Assembly (NCBI GenBank): GCA_016870355.1
Contig: VGBR01000011.1
Location: forward strand, 33,140-97,139
DNA: 64,000 bases
Origin: Actinomycetota bacterium
Lineage (GTDB): Bacteria; Actinomycetota; Acidimicrobiia; IMCC26256; PALSA-555
Direction of reading: 5' to 3'
Positions 18,525-26,950 of this stretch are shown here, one piece after another (position 1 is the first letter of the stretch; every line of letters begins with the position of its first letter). The notes beneath the pieces were generated by a model. That model was given only the letters and a program-made list of their open reading frames with translations, was not told the origin of the DNA and did not search any database. The position numbers were made by a program, and so were the translations under genes.

Positions 18525-19642
18525 CACCCCGGCGGGTGGTCGTCCTCGGGTCGACTGGCTCCATCGGCACCCAGGCCCTGGACGTCATCGCACGACATCG
18601 CGACCTGTACGAAGTCGTCGCGCTCGCGGCTGGCCGCAACACCAAGCTCCTTGCCGAACAGGCCGCGGAGTTCGGCGTGCCCGACGCGCACGTCCGCACC
18701 AGTGCCGACGGACCCGACGCGCTCGCCGAGCTCGCGGCGCTGCCCGACGTCGACGTCGTGCTGAACGCGGTGGTCGGCTTCGCCGGCTTGCCGGCCACGA
18801 TCGCGGCGCTCGAAGCCGGGACGCGGCTTGCGCTCGCGAACAAGGAGAGTCTCATCGCCGGGGGACCGGTCGTGAACGCCGCGCGCGAGCGCGGTGGCGG
18901 CGAGATCGTGCCCGTCGACTCCGAGCACTCAGCGCTGTACCAGGCACTGCGCGCCGGTGATCGCCGCGAGGTGTCGCGGCTCGTGCTCACGGCGAGCGGA
19001 GGACCGTTCCGGGGCAAGACCAGATCCGAGCTCGAGCTCGTGACCGTCGAGGACGCGCTGAAGCATCCAACCTGGGACATGGGTGCGAAGATCACCATCG
19101 ACTCCTCGACGCTCATGAACAAGGGCCTCGAGGTGATCGAGGCGCACGAGCTGTTCGGCGTCGACTACGACCAGGTGGAGGTGGTGGTGCACCCCCAATC
19201 CGTGGTGCACGGGATGGTGGAGTTCACCGACGGCGCCACGGTCGCCCAGCTCTCGATGCCCGACATGCGCCTGCCCATCGGCTTGGCGCTCGGCGCCCCC
19301 GACCGGCTCGACGAGCCCTTTGGTGCGATCGACTGGTCGAGCCTCGGGTCGCTCACGTTCGAGGCCCCCGATGTCGATGCATTTCCGTGTCTCGCGCTCG
19401 CCTACGAGGCGGGTCGGGCCGGTGGGAGTGCGCCGGCGACCCTCTCGGGCGCCAATGAGGTGGCAGTGGCGGCGTTCCTCGACCGTCGGATCCCCTGGCT
19501 GTGCATCGCCGAGGTGAACCGCAGCGTGCTCGCCGAGGGGACGGGGAACATCACCTCCGTCGACGACGTTCTGGAGGCAGACCGGATCGCACGGGAGCGA
19601 GCCGGTCGCGTCGTCGAGCAGATCGAACAGAGAGCCGCGTGA
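18521..19642 (+). CDS. dxr: 1-deoxy-D-xylulose-5-phosphate reductoisomerase
   Basis: LGSTGSIGTQ, LANKESL, PVDSEH, NKGLEVIEAH. Confidence 0.98.
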   Translation: MTPRRVVVLGSTGSIGTQALDVIARHRDLYEVVALAAGRNTKLLAEQAAEFGVPDAHVRTSADGPDALAELAALPDVDVVLNAVVGFAGLPATIAALEAGTRLALANKESLIAGGPVVNAARERGGGEIVPVDSEHSALYQALRAGDRREVSRLVLTASGGPFRGKTRSELELVTVEDALKHPTWDMGAKITIDSSTLMNKGLEVIEAHELFGVDYDQVEVVVHPQSVVHGMVEFTDGATVAQLSMPDMRLPIGLALGAPDRLDEPFGAIDWSSLGSLTFEAPDVDAFPCLALAYEAGRAGGSAPATLSGANEVAVAAFLDRRIPWLCIAEVNRSVLAEGTGNITSVDDVLEADRIARERAGRVVEQIEQRAA

Positions 19643-20865
19643 AGAAGGACCCGCTCGAAGAAGCGTCTGAGAACGTCACTCGCCGCGGCGCGACCTACAT
19701 CCTGTTGCTCGTCGTCATCGGGCTCTTGGCGCTGTTCATCCTGCGGCCAGGGAGCCGCGACGCACTCGCCATCATCCTCGGCATCGCGCTGATGATCTTG
19801 CTGCACGAGGCCGGGCACTTCGTCGCCGCGAAGCTCACGGGCATGAAGGCCACCGAGTTCTTCATCGGCTTCGGGCCGCGGCTCTGGTCGTTCCGCCGCG
19901 GCGAGACCGAGTACGGCGTCAAGGCCATCCTGCTCGGTGGCTACGTGAAGATCATCGGGATGACCAACGTCGAGGAGGTCGACCCGGCCGACGAGCACCG
20001 CACGTATCGGCAGGCATCGCACGGCAAACGACTGATCGTGGTGCTTGCAGGCGTGACGATGAACGTGCTCCTTGCTCTGGTGCTGTTCTTCTCGTTCTAC
20101 GCGGCGGGTGGCGAGATCCCTGATGGCCCCGGCACGCGCGTGCAACAGGTCGTGGACGACAGCGCCGCACAAGCAGCGGGGTTCGACAGGCTTGACCGCA
20201 TCGTCACGATCGATGGCTCGAAGGTGACGAGCTGGGACGACCTCGTGGCGAGCATCGAGGCTCGCGGGGGTGAACCGACCACGTTCGTCATCGTTCGCAA
20301 CGGTGAACGACTGACGATCGATGCAACACCGAAGACGCGCAACGGGAAGGGCTTCCTCGGGATCGCGCCTCTCTACGAGTCACACACCGTCAGCGTGAGT
20401 GGTGCAGTGCCCGAGAGCTTCCGCGCCCTCGGCGACGTGACGTCAGGCACCGTGGGTGGGTTGGTCAACCTGTTCTCACCCGAGGGGCTCTCGGACTACA
20501 GCAAGAACTTCACGTCTGACGCTCCGAAGGCCGGATCGCCCGAGTCGGCGGCGCGTCCCCGTTCTTTGATCGGAATCGTCGACGTCGGCAGCGACATCGT
20601 GAATGGGGACATCAAGAAGCTGCTCTTCCTCTTGGCCGCGATCAGCCTCGTGCTGGCGATCTTCAACACTCTTCCCCTGCTTCCCTTCGATGGTGGCCAC
20701 GCCGCGGTCGTCATCTATGAGTGGGTCGGATCGAAAGTCACACGGCGCGCCGTGAAGGTCGACTACCGCAAGCTCATGCCTTTGACCGCGGTCGTGCTCG
20801 CCCTGTTCCTGACGCTCGGCTTGAGTGCGATGTTCCTCGACATCCGCGAAGCCGTCGGGTCCTGA
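19639..20865 (+). CDS. rseP: RseP/Rip1-like M50 site-2 metalloprotease with PDZ domain
   Basis: HEAGH, LGGYV, FNTLPLLPFDGGH. Confidence 0.93.
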   Translation: MKKDPLEEASENVTRRGATYILLLVVIGLLALFILRPGSRDALAIILGIALMILLHEAGHFVAAKLTGMKATEFFIGFGPRLWSFRRGETEYGVKAILLGGYVKIIGMTNVEEVDPADEHRTYRQASHGKRLIVVLAGVTMNVLLALVLFFSFYAAGGEIPDGPGTRVQQVVDDSAAQAAGFDRLDRIVTIDGSKVTSWDDLVASIEARGGEPTTFVIVRNGERLTIDATPKTRNGKGFLGIAPLYESHTVSVSGAVPESFRALGDVTSGTVGGLVNLFSPEGLSDYSKNFTSDAPKAGSPESAARPRSLIGIVDVGSDIVNGDIKKLLFLLAAISLVLAIFNTLPLLPFDGGHAAVVIYEWVGSKVTRRAVKVDYRKLMPLTAVVLALFLTLGLSAMFLDIREAVGS

Positions 20866-20940
20866 TCTGCACGACATCTCCTTATTGCTAGCGGCGTGCG
20901 GACATGAGCTGCGCGCCAGCGCCCTCGTAGGCTCGTAGCC

Positions 20941-22149
20941 GTGCAGCCGCGCCGGAAGACCCGTCAGGTCAAGGTCGGCAACGTGCTCGTCGGTGGCGAC
21001 GCGCCCATCTCGGTGCAGTCGATGACCACCACCAAGACCGCCGACGTCGAAGGCACGCTCGAGCAGATCTATGCGCTCGCCGCCGCGGGGTGCGACATCG
21101 TGCGCTGCACCTGCAACGAAGAAGAGGCGGCCGAAGGACTTGCGCAGATCGTGCCGCGCTCCCCGGTGCCGATCGTGGCCGACATCCACTTCCAGTACCG
21201 GCTCGCACTGGCCGCGATCGAGGCCGGCGTGCAGGCGCTGCGGCTGAACCCGGGCAACATCCGCAAGCCTGAGCAGATCAAAGCGGTCGCGGCCGAAGCG
21301 CGTGATCGCGGGCTACCGATCCGCATCGGCGTCAACGCAGGCAGCCTCGATCCCGAGATCGAGAGGCGTCACGGCGGGGCCACACCGGAGGCATTGGTCG
21401 AGTCGGCGACGCGCGAGCTCGCGTACTTCGCTGACGTGGACTTCGATGACGTGAAGATCTCGGTGAAGGCATCGAGCGTGCCGCTCATGATCGATGCGTA
21501 CCGGCTCCTGTCAGAGACGGTCGACCACCCGTTGCACCTTGGCGTGACCGAAGCCGGCCCGCCGCCCGCGGGCCTGGTGAAGTCGACTGCGGGCATTGGC
21601 ACGCTCCTCGCCGAAGGGATCGGCGACACGATCCGCTACTCACTCACCGCGGACCCGGTCGAAGAGGCGCGCGCCGGGCGGACTCTGCTCGAGTCGATGG
21701 GGCTGCGTGAGCGCAAAGGTCTCGACCTCATCGCATGCCCATCATGCGGGCGCGCCGAGGTCGACGTGATCAAGGTCGCCAACGACGCGCAGGCCGCGCT
21801 CGAAGACCGCAACATCCCGCTCCAGGTCGCAGTGATGGGCTGCGTGGTCAACGGACCAGGTGAAGCCAAGGGTGCCGACCTCGGCATCGCCGCGGGTCGC
21901 GGCAAGGGACATCTCTTCGTGCGTGGTCACGTCGTGCGCGTCGTCCCTGAAGTCGAGATGGTCGCCGCGCTGGTCGAAGAAGCCGAACGGATCGTCGAAG
22001 AGGGGATCGAAGCGAGGATCGCGGCGGCCGACGCCGACGCGGAGCGCATCGCCGCCGAAACGCGAGAAGAGCTCCTCCAGATCCAGGGCACCGACGCCAA
22101 CCACGACGCCGAGAAGATCGAGAAGATCCGAGAGATCGCCGAGAGCTGA
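20941..22149 (+). CDS. ispG: 4-hydroxy-3-methylbut-2-en-1-yl diphosphate synthase
   Basis: ISVQSMT, VADIHF, RIGVNAGSL, CPSCGR, MGCVVNGPGE. Confidence 0.98.
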   Translation: MQPRRKTRQVKVGNVLVGGDAPISVQSMTTTKTADVEGTLEQIYALAAAGCDIVRCTCNEEEAAEGLAQIVPRSPVPIVADIHFQYRLALAAIEAGVQALRLNPGNIRKPEQIKAVAAEARDRGLPIRIGVNAGSLDPEIERRHGGATPEALVESATRELAYFADVDFDDVKISVKASSVPLMIDAYRLLSETVDHPLHLGVTEAGPPPAGLVKSTAGIGTLLAEGIGDTIRYSLTADPVEEARAGRTLLESMGLRERKGLDLIACPSCGRAEVDVIKVANDAQAALEDRNIPLQVAVMGCVVNGPGEAKGADLGIAAGRGKGHLFVRGHVVRVVPEVEMVAALVEEAERIVEEGIEARIAAADADAERIAAETREELLQIQGTDANHDAEKIEKIREIAES

Positions 22150-22377
22150 TTCAGGTGGGACGGGCGCGCGTCTTTTTGACGACGGCATTCGGAGCAGCTG
22201 ATGTGAGCTCGTCGTTCCGAGATTGGACCGACCGCGACGGTCGTGTCTTACCGCTCTTCGCAGCGCTGTCGGTGTACGTGGTGGCCCTGTGGTTCTGGTT
22301 GGCGGGTGTCCAGATGATTGGGCTGAGTACCGCCGCGCCTTCGACGAAGAGCGCGCCCTTCAGAGGTACTTGAGCAA

Positions 22378-22884
22378 CTACCGGTCGCGCTCAGCGATCT
22401 CGTCTCGCAGCGCGTAGAGAACCGGAAGCGCGGCGCGGTCTTTGGGTCGATTCGCTTGTTCTTTCGATTCGATCACGTTGTCCAGCGCCGCGATCCGCAC
22501 CTCTACGGAACCCACAGGAATCGCCACTGCTTGGGGAGCGAGGTCGGAGTAGCCGTTCTCGAACGCGGGGGGCTCGAAGGTGAGGTCGAGCTCTCCGAAG
22601 TCAGTGACGAGGTTGAGCATGCGCATCCCGGCCAAGAGCTCGGGGTGACATTGGAAATCGACACCATCGTCTTCAGAGGCGGTGCGGATGCGCGCATTCA
22701 TCGCGCGTAGCGCGTCGCAAAGGCGTTGAAGGTTCGCGGGATGCGTGTCCGGACAGATGTCGACGTCCACCGTCATCAGCGGTGAGCCATGCAGGGCAGC
22801 CGCGATCCCTCCGATCACGATGTACCGGACGCGGTGCTCATGAAGCGTCGCGAAGAGCTCTAGGACGCGAAGGGCCTTCGGCAT
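22378..22884 (-). CDS. Minimal nucleotidyltransferase-fold protein (DUF6036-like)
   Basis: VIGGIAA..G....T.DVD motif; C-terminal SK...RPKD. Confidence 0.75.
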   Translation of the reverse strand: MPKALRVLELFATLHEHRVRYIVIGGIAAALHGSPLMTVDVDICPDTHPANLQRLCDALRAMNARIRTASEDDGVDFQCHPELLAGMRMLNLVTDFGELDLTFEPPAFENGYSDLAPQAVAIPVGSVEVRIAALDNVIESKEQANRPKDRAALPVLYALRDEIAERDR

Positions 22885-22885
22885 G

Positions 22886-23224
22886 TCACTTGCTGGCGAG
22901 ACCGACGAGCTCCGACATCTGTTCGCTGGCGACCAGCCGTTCCGCCGGTGTCAGCGCGAGCTGGGCGCGGATCTGTGCGCGATCGACGTCATCAATCCTC
23001 CGAAAGACCAGATCAGCGCTGAAGCCGCACGCGAACAGCGCTCGAGCAAGCGCATCGACGCGCGGCTGATCGATGCCGCGCTCCCATCGGGAGACGACGG
23101 GTTGCGTGGTATCGATGCGAACGGCCAGCTCAGCCTGAGAGATGCCTGCGAGTGCGCGTGCCTCACGAAGCAGCGCCCCGGCATTGAGCGAGGCGAAGGG
23201 GCGGCGGGCAGGGCGATCAACCAT
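22886..23224 (-). CDS. XRE-family HTH regulator, probable antitoxin
   Basis: LREAR..GISQAELA..TTQPVVSRWERG HTH; ends 1 nt before the NTase start. Confidence 0.85.
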   Translation of the reverse strand: MVDRPARRPFASLNAGALLREARALAGISQAELAVRIDTTQPVVSRWERGIDQPRVDALARALFACGFSADLVFRRIDDVDRAQIRAQLALTPAERLVASEQMSELVGLASK

Positions 23225-23230
23225 GGGAAT

Positions 23231-23258
23231 ACTATATCAGGCATAAGACGTATGCTGA
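23231..23258 (-). promoter_or_regulatory. Leaderless promoter (-10 TATAGT, 6 nt before ATG) with adjacent operator-like inverted repeat
   Basis: AT-rich patch; TCAGGCATA-AGACG-TATGCTGA at 23237-23258. Confidence 0.6.
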
Positions 23259-23290
23259 ATAAGTCATGTCAGTGGGGAGAACCAGCCCCG

Positions 23291-24085
23291 CTACCCCCGT
23301 GCGAGCATTCGGTCGCGCCACCACTTTCTTGCGCCCTTGGACATGCCGGCGTCGAGGCGCTCTGCTCGGAGGCTCTGCTCGAGGGTCGCGTCGAGCGAGG
23401 GGAGTCCGCCGGTCACCCAGGCGAGGATGCGGTCGGCGAGCTCGACGTTGCGGGGGAGCACCGGTCCGTGCAGGTAGGTGCCGATGATGCGCTCCTCGAG
23501 CACACCCTCGACACCGCTGCCGTCGCCGTTGCCGCCACCGGCGAGCACGTTGCCGAGAGGAGTGACGTCGGGACCCAGCGTCGTACGACCACCGTGGTTC
23601 TCGAAGCCGGTGAGCGCGCGCGGTGTGCCGAGCTCGCCCCACACGTCGTTCTCGGTCGGTTGGACGACGACCTCACCGATCAGTCGCGGCGAGCCGGCGC
23701 GCGTCTCGAGATCGACGAGTCCGATGCCTTCGAGCACCGACTCGTCGGCCGCGACGTAGCGGTGCCCGATGAGCTGGAAGCCGGCACAGATCGCGAGCAC
23801 GACTGCGCCGCCTCTGTGCGCCCGTTCGATGTTCGCCTTCGAGGCGCGCATGCCTTCGGCTGCCATGTGCTGCGGGTCGTCCTCACCGCCCCCGAAGATG
23901 TAGACGTCGAGCGAGTCGGGGATCGGGTCGCCGGCGGCGATCTCCACCAGCTCAGCCGGGATCCCACGCCAGCGCGCCCGCTGAACGAGCACGACGGCAT
24001 TGCCTCGGTCGCCGTACGTGCCGAGCAGCTCGGGGTAGATGAGCCCGATGCCCACGGCGGAGTCGCGGGGCTTGTCGTCGCTCAT
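23291..24085 (-). CDS. gatD: GatD / CobQ-like glutamine amidotransferase (lipid II amidation)
   Basis: YPELLGTYGD.GN, GGGED, AICAGFQ, GFENH, YLHGP; coupled to murT. Confidence 0.9.
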   Translation of the reverse strand: MSDDKPRDSAVGIGLIYPELLGTYGDRGNAVVLVQRARWRGIPAELVEIAAGDPIPDSLDVYIFGGGEDDPQHMAAEGMRASKANIERAHRGGAVVLAICAGFQLIGHRYVAADESVLEGIGLVDLETRAGSPRLIGEVVVQPTENDVWGELGTPRALTGFENHGGRTTLGPDVTPLGNVLAGGGNGDGSGVEGVLEERIIGTYLHGPVLPRNVELADRILAWVTGGLPSLDATLEQSLRAERLDAGMSKGARKWWRDRMLARG

Positions 24086-25314
24086 CGCCCGTGGCCGTGC
24101 TTGCGATAGAGCGCGGAGAACTGTGTGTACGACGCGACGATGTGCACCTCGTCGCCAGGAAGCGCGCGCGCGGCCATGATCGGGTCGGGCTCGATCTCGT
24201 AGTCGACGTCGGCGTAGCGAAGCCGAACCGCGACGTCGAGCCGTCGTTCGCCAGTCGCGGCGGTCTTCTTCCCGCGCAGCAGCTCGTACGGCACGTCCCA
24301 GAGCCACGACGGGTCTTTACCATCCGCGACGCGCGCGTTCACCGCGATCACGACCGCCGTGTCGCGGTGATGGAGGAATTGGAGGACTTCGGTCCAGCCG
24401 GCAGGGTTCTTGGCCAGCAGCACGCGGGCGTTGCGGCCGTCGCCGAGCGGCACCGACATGTAGCGGCCGGCGACGCTCGTGACCGCGTCGAGTGATTCCG
24501 CCGCAACCGACGGATCGACGCCGAGGTGTGCAGCGGCGGCAACTGCGAGGGCGGCGTTCGCCCGGTTCCACGACCCAGGGAGCGCGATCGACAACGCAAT
24601 CCGCGTGCCGTCCAATACGAGGTCGGTGCCGTCCAGGATGTTCGGCGCATCGGGTTGACCGAAGCCGCACGACGGGCAGTCGAACCGATCCACCGACCAC
24701 TGAAGAAGCGCCCCGCACTGCGGACAGGTCGCCGCATCGGATCGCCAGCCCAGTCCGAGCGCGACCCAGGTGACCTTTGCCGGCGTCGCAGCCCAGACCA
24801 CGTGCGGGTCAGACGCGTTGGCGATCACTGCGAGCTCGGGATGCGCCTCGGTGGTCTCGCGCCACGTCTCGCTGAGTGCGTGCACCTCGCCGTACCGGTC
24901 GAGCTGGTCGCGCGACAGGTTGCCGAGCACGAGGAGCTCAACGCCGAGGGGGTCGACCATGCGCGGGAGCACGCGCTCGTCGACCTCCAACACGGCTTCG
25001 CCCGGCCCCTTGGCCTTCGCGAGCGTCGGCGCGATTCCAGATGCGAGGTTTGCACCGGTCGAGTTGGTGGTGACCGTGCGTCCGCCTGCCGCGAGCGCGG
25101 TGGCGAGGAAGCGAGTGGTGGTGGTCTTGCCGTTGGTGGCCGAGACGAGCGTGACGCGCTGACCCTCGGCGAGCTCTTGCAGGGCGTCGGGTGCGATGGC
25201 GTTGATCACGCGCCCGCTGATCGTGGCTCCCTGGCCGCGGGTGATGGTGCGCGACAGCCAGCCGGCGGAACGCCCGGCCGCGACGCCGAGCTTGGTTCGC
25301 ATCGACGCGCTCAT
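24082..25314 (-). CDS. murT: MurT ligase with DUF1727
   Basis: TNGKTTT, GANL, LEVDE, NLSRDQLDRYGE, CPQC..CPSC, LAKNPAG, SWLWDV. Confidence 0.92.
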   Translation of the reverse strand: MSASMRTKLGVAAGRSAGWLSRTITRGQGATISGRVINAIAPDALQELAEGQRVTLVSATNGKTTTTRFLATALAAGGRTVTTNSTGANLASGIAPTLAKAKGPGEAVLEVDERVLPRMVDPLGVELLVLGNLSRDQLDRYGEVHALSETWRETTEAHPELAVIANASDPHVVWAATPAKVTWVALGLGWRSDAATCPQCGALLQWSVDRFDCPSCGFGQPDAPNILDGTDLVLDGTRIALSIALPGSWNRANAALAVAAAAHLGVDPSVAAESLDAVTSVAGRYMSVPLGDGRNARVLLAKNPAGWTEVLQFLHHRDTAVVIAVNARVADGKDPSWLWDVPYELLRGKKTAATGERRLDVAVRLRYADVDYEIEPDPIMAARALPGDEVHIVASYTQFSALYRKHGHGR

Positions 25315-26081
25315 GGCAGCCTCTCGCACCAGTAGGCGTCGACGCGGTACGGGATGTCGAGCTCGTCGCGTCCAATCGTGTCGGGGTGCGTGGTGAGGAC
25401 GGTCCGCACTTCGTCGAGCACGCGTTGGCGCTCGTCGTCGGGGAGCACGACCACGTGGCTGACCGACGCGATCCGGTCGACGACGTCGTCGGGGGAGAGC
25501 CGCTGGGTGTGGCGGAACCCCGCTTGGTGGAGCTCGCCGAACCCTGGCCTCACGCCGAGCGCGTCCGCGCTCCACTGCTCGTGATCGCGCCATGGGGCCC
25601 GCTTCTCGACGCGGTCCATGATCGACCACACCTCGTTGACCCAGTGGTTGGTCCGGTCGCGGATGTTCCAGATGATCCCGACCCGTCCTCGGGGGCGCAG
25701 CACGCGTGCCAGGTCGCCGAAGGCGCGATCGGCGTCGAACCAATGGAACGCCTGCGCGACGGTGACGGCGTCGAGTGACCCGTCGGCGAGCGGGAGTTGC
25801 TCGGCCATGCTGGCGACGACCGGTACCGAGGGGAGTGCCGCCCGCAGGTGGGCGGACATCCCCTCGACCGGTTCGATCGCGAACAGCGATGCCCCGGTCG
25901 GCACGAGCAACCGCGTCAGCTTCCCCGTTCCAGCGGCCAGGTCGCAGACCCGCGCGCCGGGCGCGATGCGCAGGTTGTCGACGAACCACTCGGCTGCTTC
26001 CGGTGGGTACGAAGGTCGCGCCCGCTCGTACGCATCAGCGCCGTCACCGAACCCGCGCTGCGCGACCTCGTGCACCGGCAT
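25311..26081 (-). CDS. Class I SAM-dependent methyltransferase
   Basis: YERARPSYP, DLAAGTGKLT, AQAFHWF. Confidence 0.9.
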   Translation of the reverse strand: MPVHEVAQRGFGDGADAYERARPSYPPEAAEWFVDNLRIAPGARVCDLAAGTGKLTRLLVPTGASLFAIEPVEGMSAHLRAALPSVPVVASMAEQLPLADGSLDAVTVAQAFHWFDADRAFGDLARVLRPRGRVGIIWNIRDRTNHWVNEVWSIMDRVEKRAPWRDHEQWSADALGVRPGFGELHQAGFRHTQRLSPDDVVDRIASVSHVVVLPDDERQRVLDEVRTVLTTHPDTIGRDELDIPYRVDAYWCERLP

Positions 26082-26173
26082 GCCCCGATGTTGCCAGACG
26101 CTCGCCCGGACACGTTCCCGTGACGCTCAGGGTCGCTATAGCGACCTGAGCGTCCCCGAAATGCGTGACCGAA

Positions 26174-26950
26174 CTACTGGTGGAGGCCGCACTCCAGCTT
26201 GCCGGTGCCTGACCAGCGGCCGGCGCGGGGGTCTTCACCGGGCTCGATGGTGCGCGTGCACGGCCAGCAGCCGATCGAGCCGTAGCCGCGGTCGTGCAGC
26301 GGGTGGCGCGGGAGATCACGGTCGGCCTCGTACTGACGGACGTCGTGCTCGGTCCACGTGGCGATCGGGTTGACCTTCACCATGCCGCGACCGAGGTCGA
26401 ACGACACGATCGGCGCGTTGGCACGGGCCGGCGTCTCCTCGCGCCGCAGCCCTGACATCCACGCGTCCTTGCCAACGAGCGCGCGCTCGAGCGGTCCGAC
26501 CTTGCGGGCCGCGCAGCAGGTGTCGATGTCGGTCTTCCACCGGTCGTCGGGGTCGATGGCCGGGCGCACGATGTTGAGGTTGAGGTCGTAGCGCTCGCGC
26601 ACGTGCTCGACGTACCAGAGCGTCTCCGCGAAGTGGTACTGCGTGTCGAGGAACGCAATCTCGATCTCCGGCGCGACCTGCATGGCCAGATCGATCAGCA
26701 CGCAGTCCTGGAACGACGACGCCAGCGTCACATCCGGACCGAAGCGCTCCCATGCCCACTTGATGACCGTCGTGGCCGGCGCCGCCTCGAACTCCTTCGA
26801 GACCGTCGCCAGCTCACCCAGATCCGGGATCTCGTGCGGCGCGGCAACCGGAGCGAGGGGAGCGAGCGCAGGTTGCTCGCTCAGCGAGAGAGCGCCCGCG
26901 GCGGAGGTACCCTCCGCCGCAGCGAGCGAGCGAGACAAGGAGGCGCTCAT
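26174..26950 (-). CDS. cysH: APS/PAPS reductase CysH (Fe-S type)
   Basis: FLDTQYHFAET, CC..RK, GYGSIGCWPCT, ECGLH C-terminus. Confidence 0.95.
   Translation of the reverse strand: MSASLSRSLAAAEGTSAAGALSLSEQPALAPLAPVAAPHEIPDLGELATVSKEFEAAPATTVIKWAWERFGPDVTLASSFQDCVLIDLAMQVAPEIEIAFLDTQYHFAETLWYVEHVRERYDLNLNIVRPAIDPDDRWKTDIDTCCAARKVGPLERALVGKDAWMSGLRREETPARANAPIVSFDLGRGMVKVNPIATWTEHDVRQYEADRDLPRHPLHDRGYGSIGCWPCTRTIEPGEDPRAGRWSGTGKLECGLHQ
26878..26949 (-). repeat. 66-bp in-frame palindromic insert at the 5' end of cysH, flanked by TGAGCG direct repeats
   Basis: Central hairpin GCGGCGGAGG-TAC-CCTCCGCCGC; TGAGCG at 26949-26944 and 26883-26878. Confidence 0.65.

Noticed and set aside
22155-22417. 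Two short overlapping ORFs after ispG, one with a hydrophobic stretch
   Set aside because: No clear RBS or family motif; could be a frameshifted remnant but this cannot be supported.
23291-25314. CobQ-like gene as cobalamin biosynthesis
   Set aside because: Coupling to a Mur ligase with DUF1727 identifies MurT-GatD.
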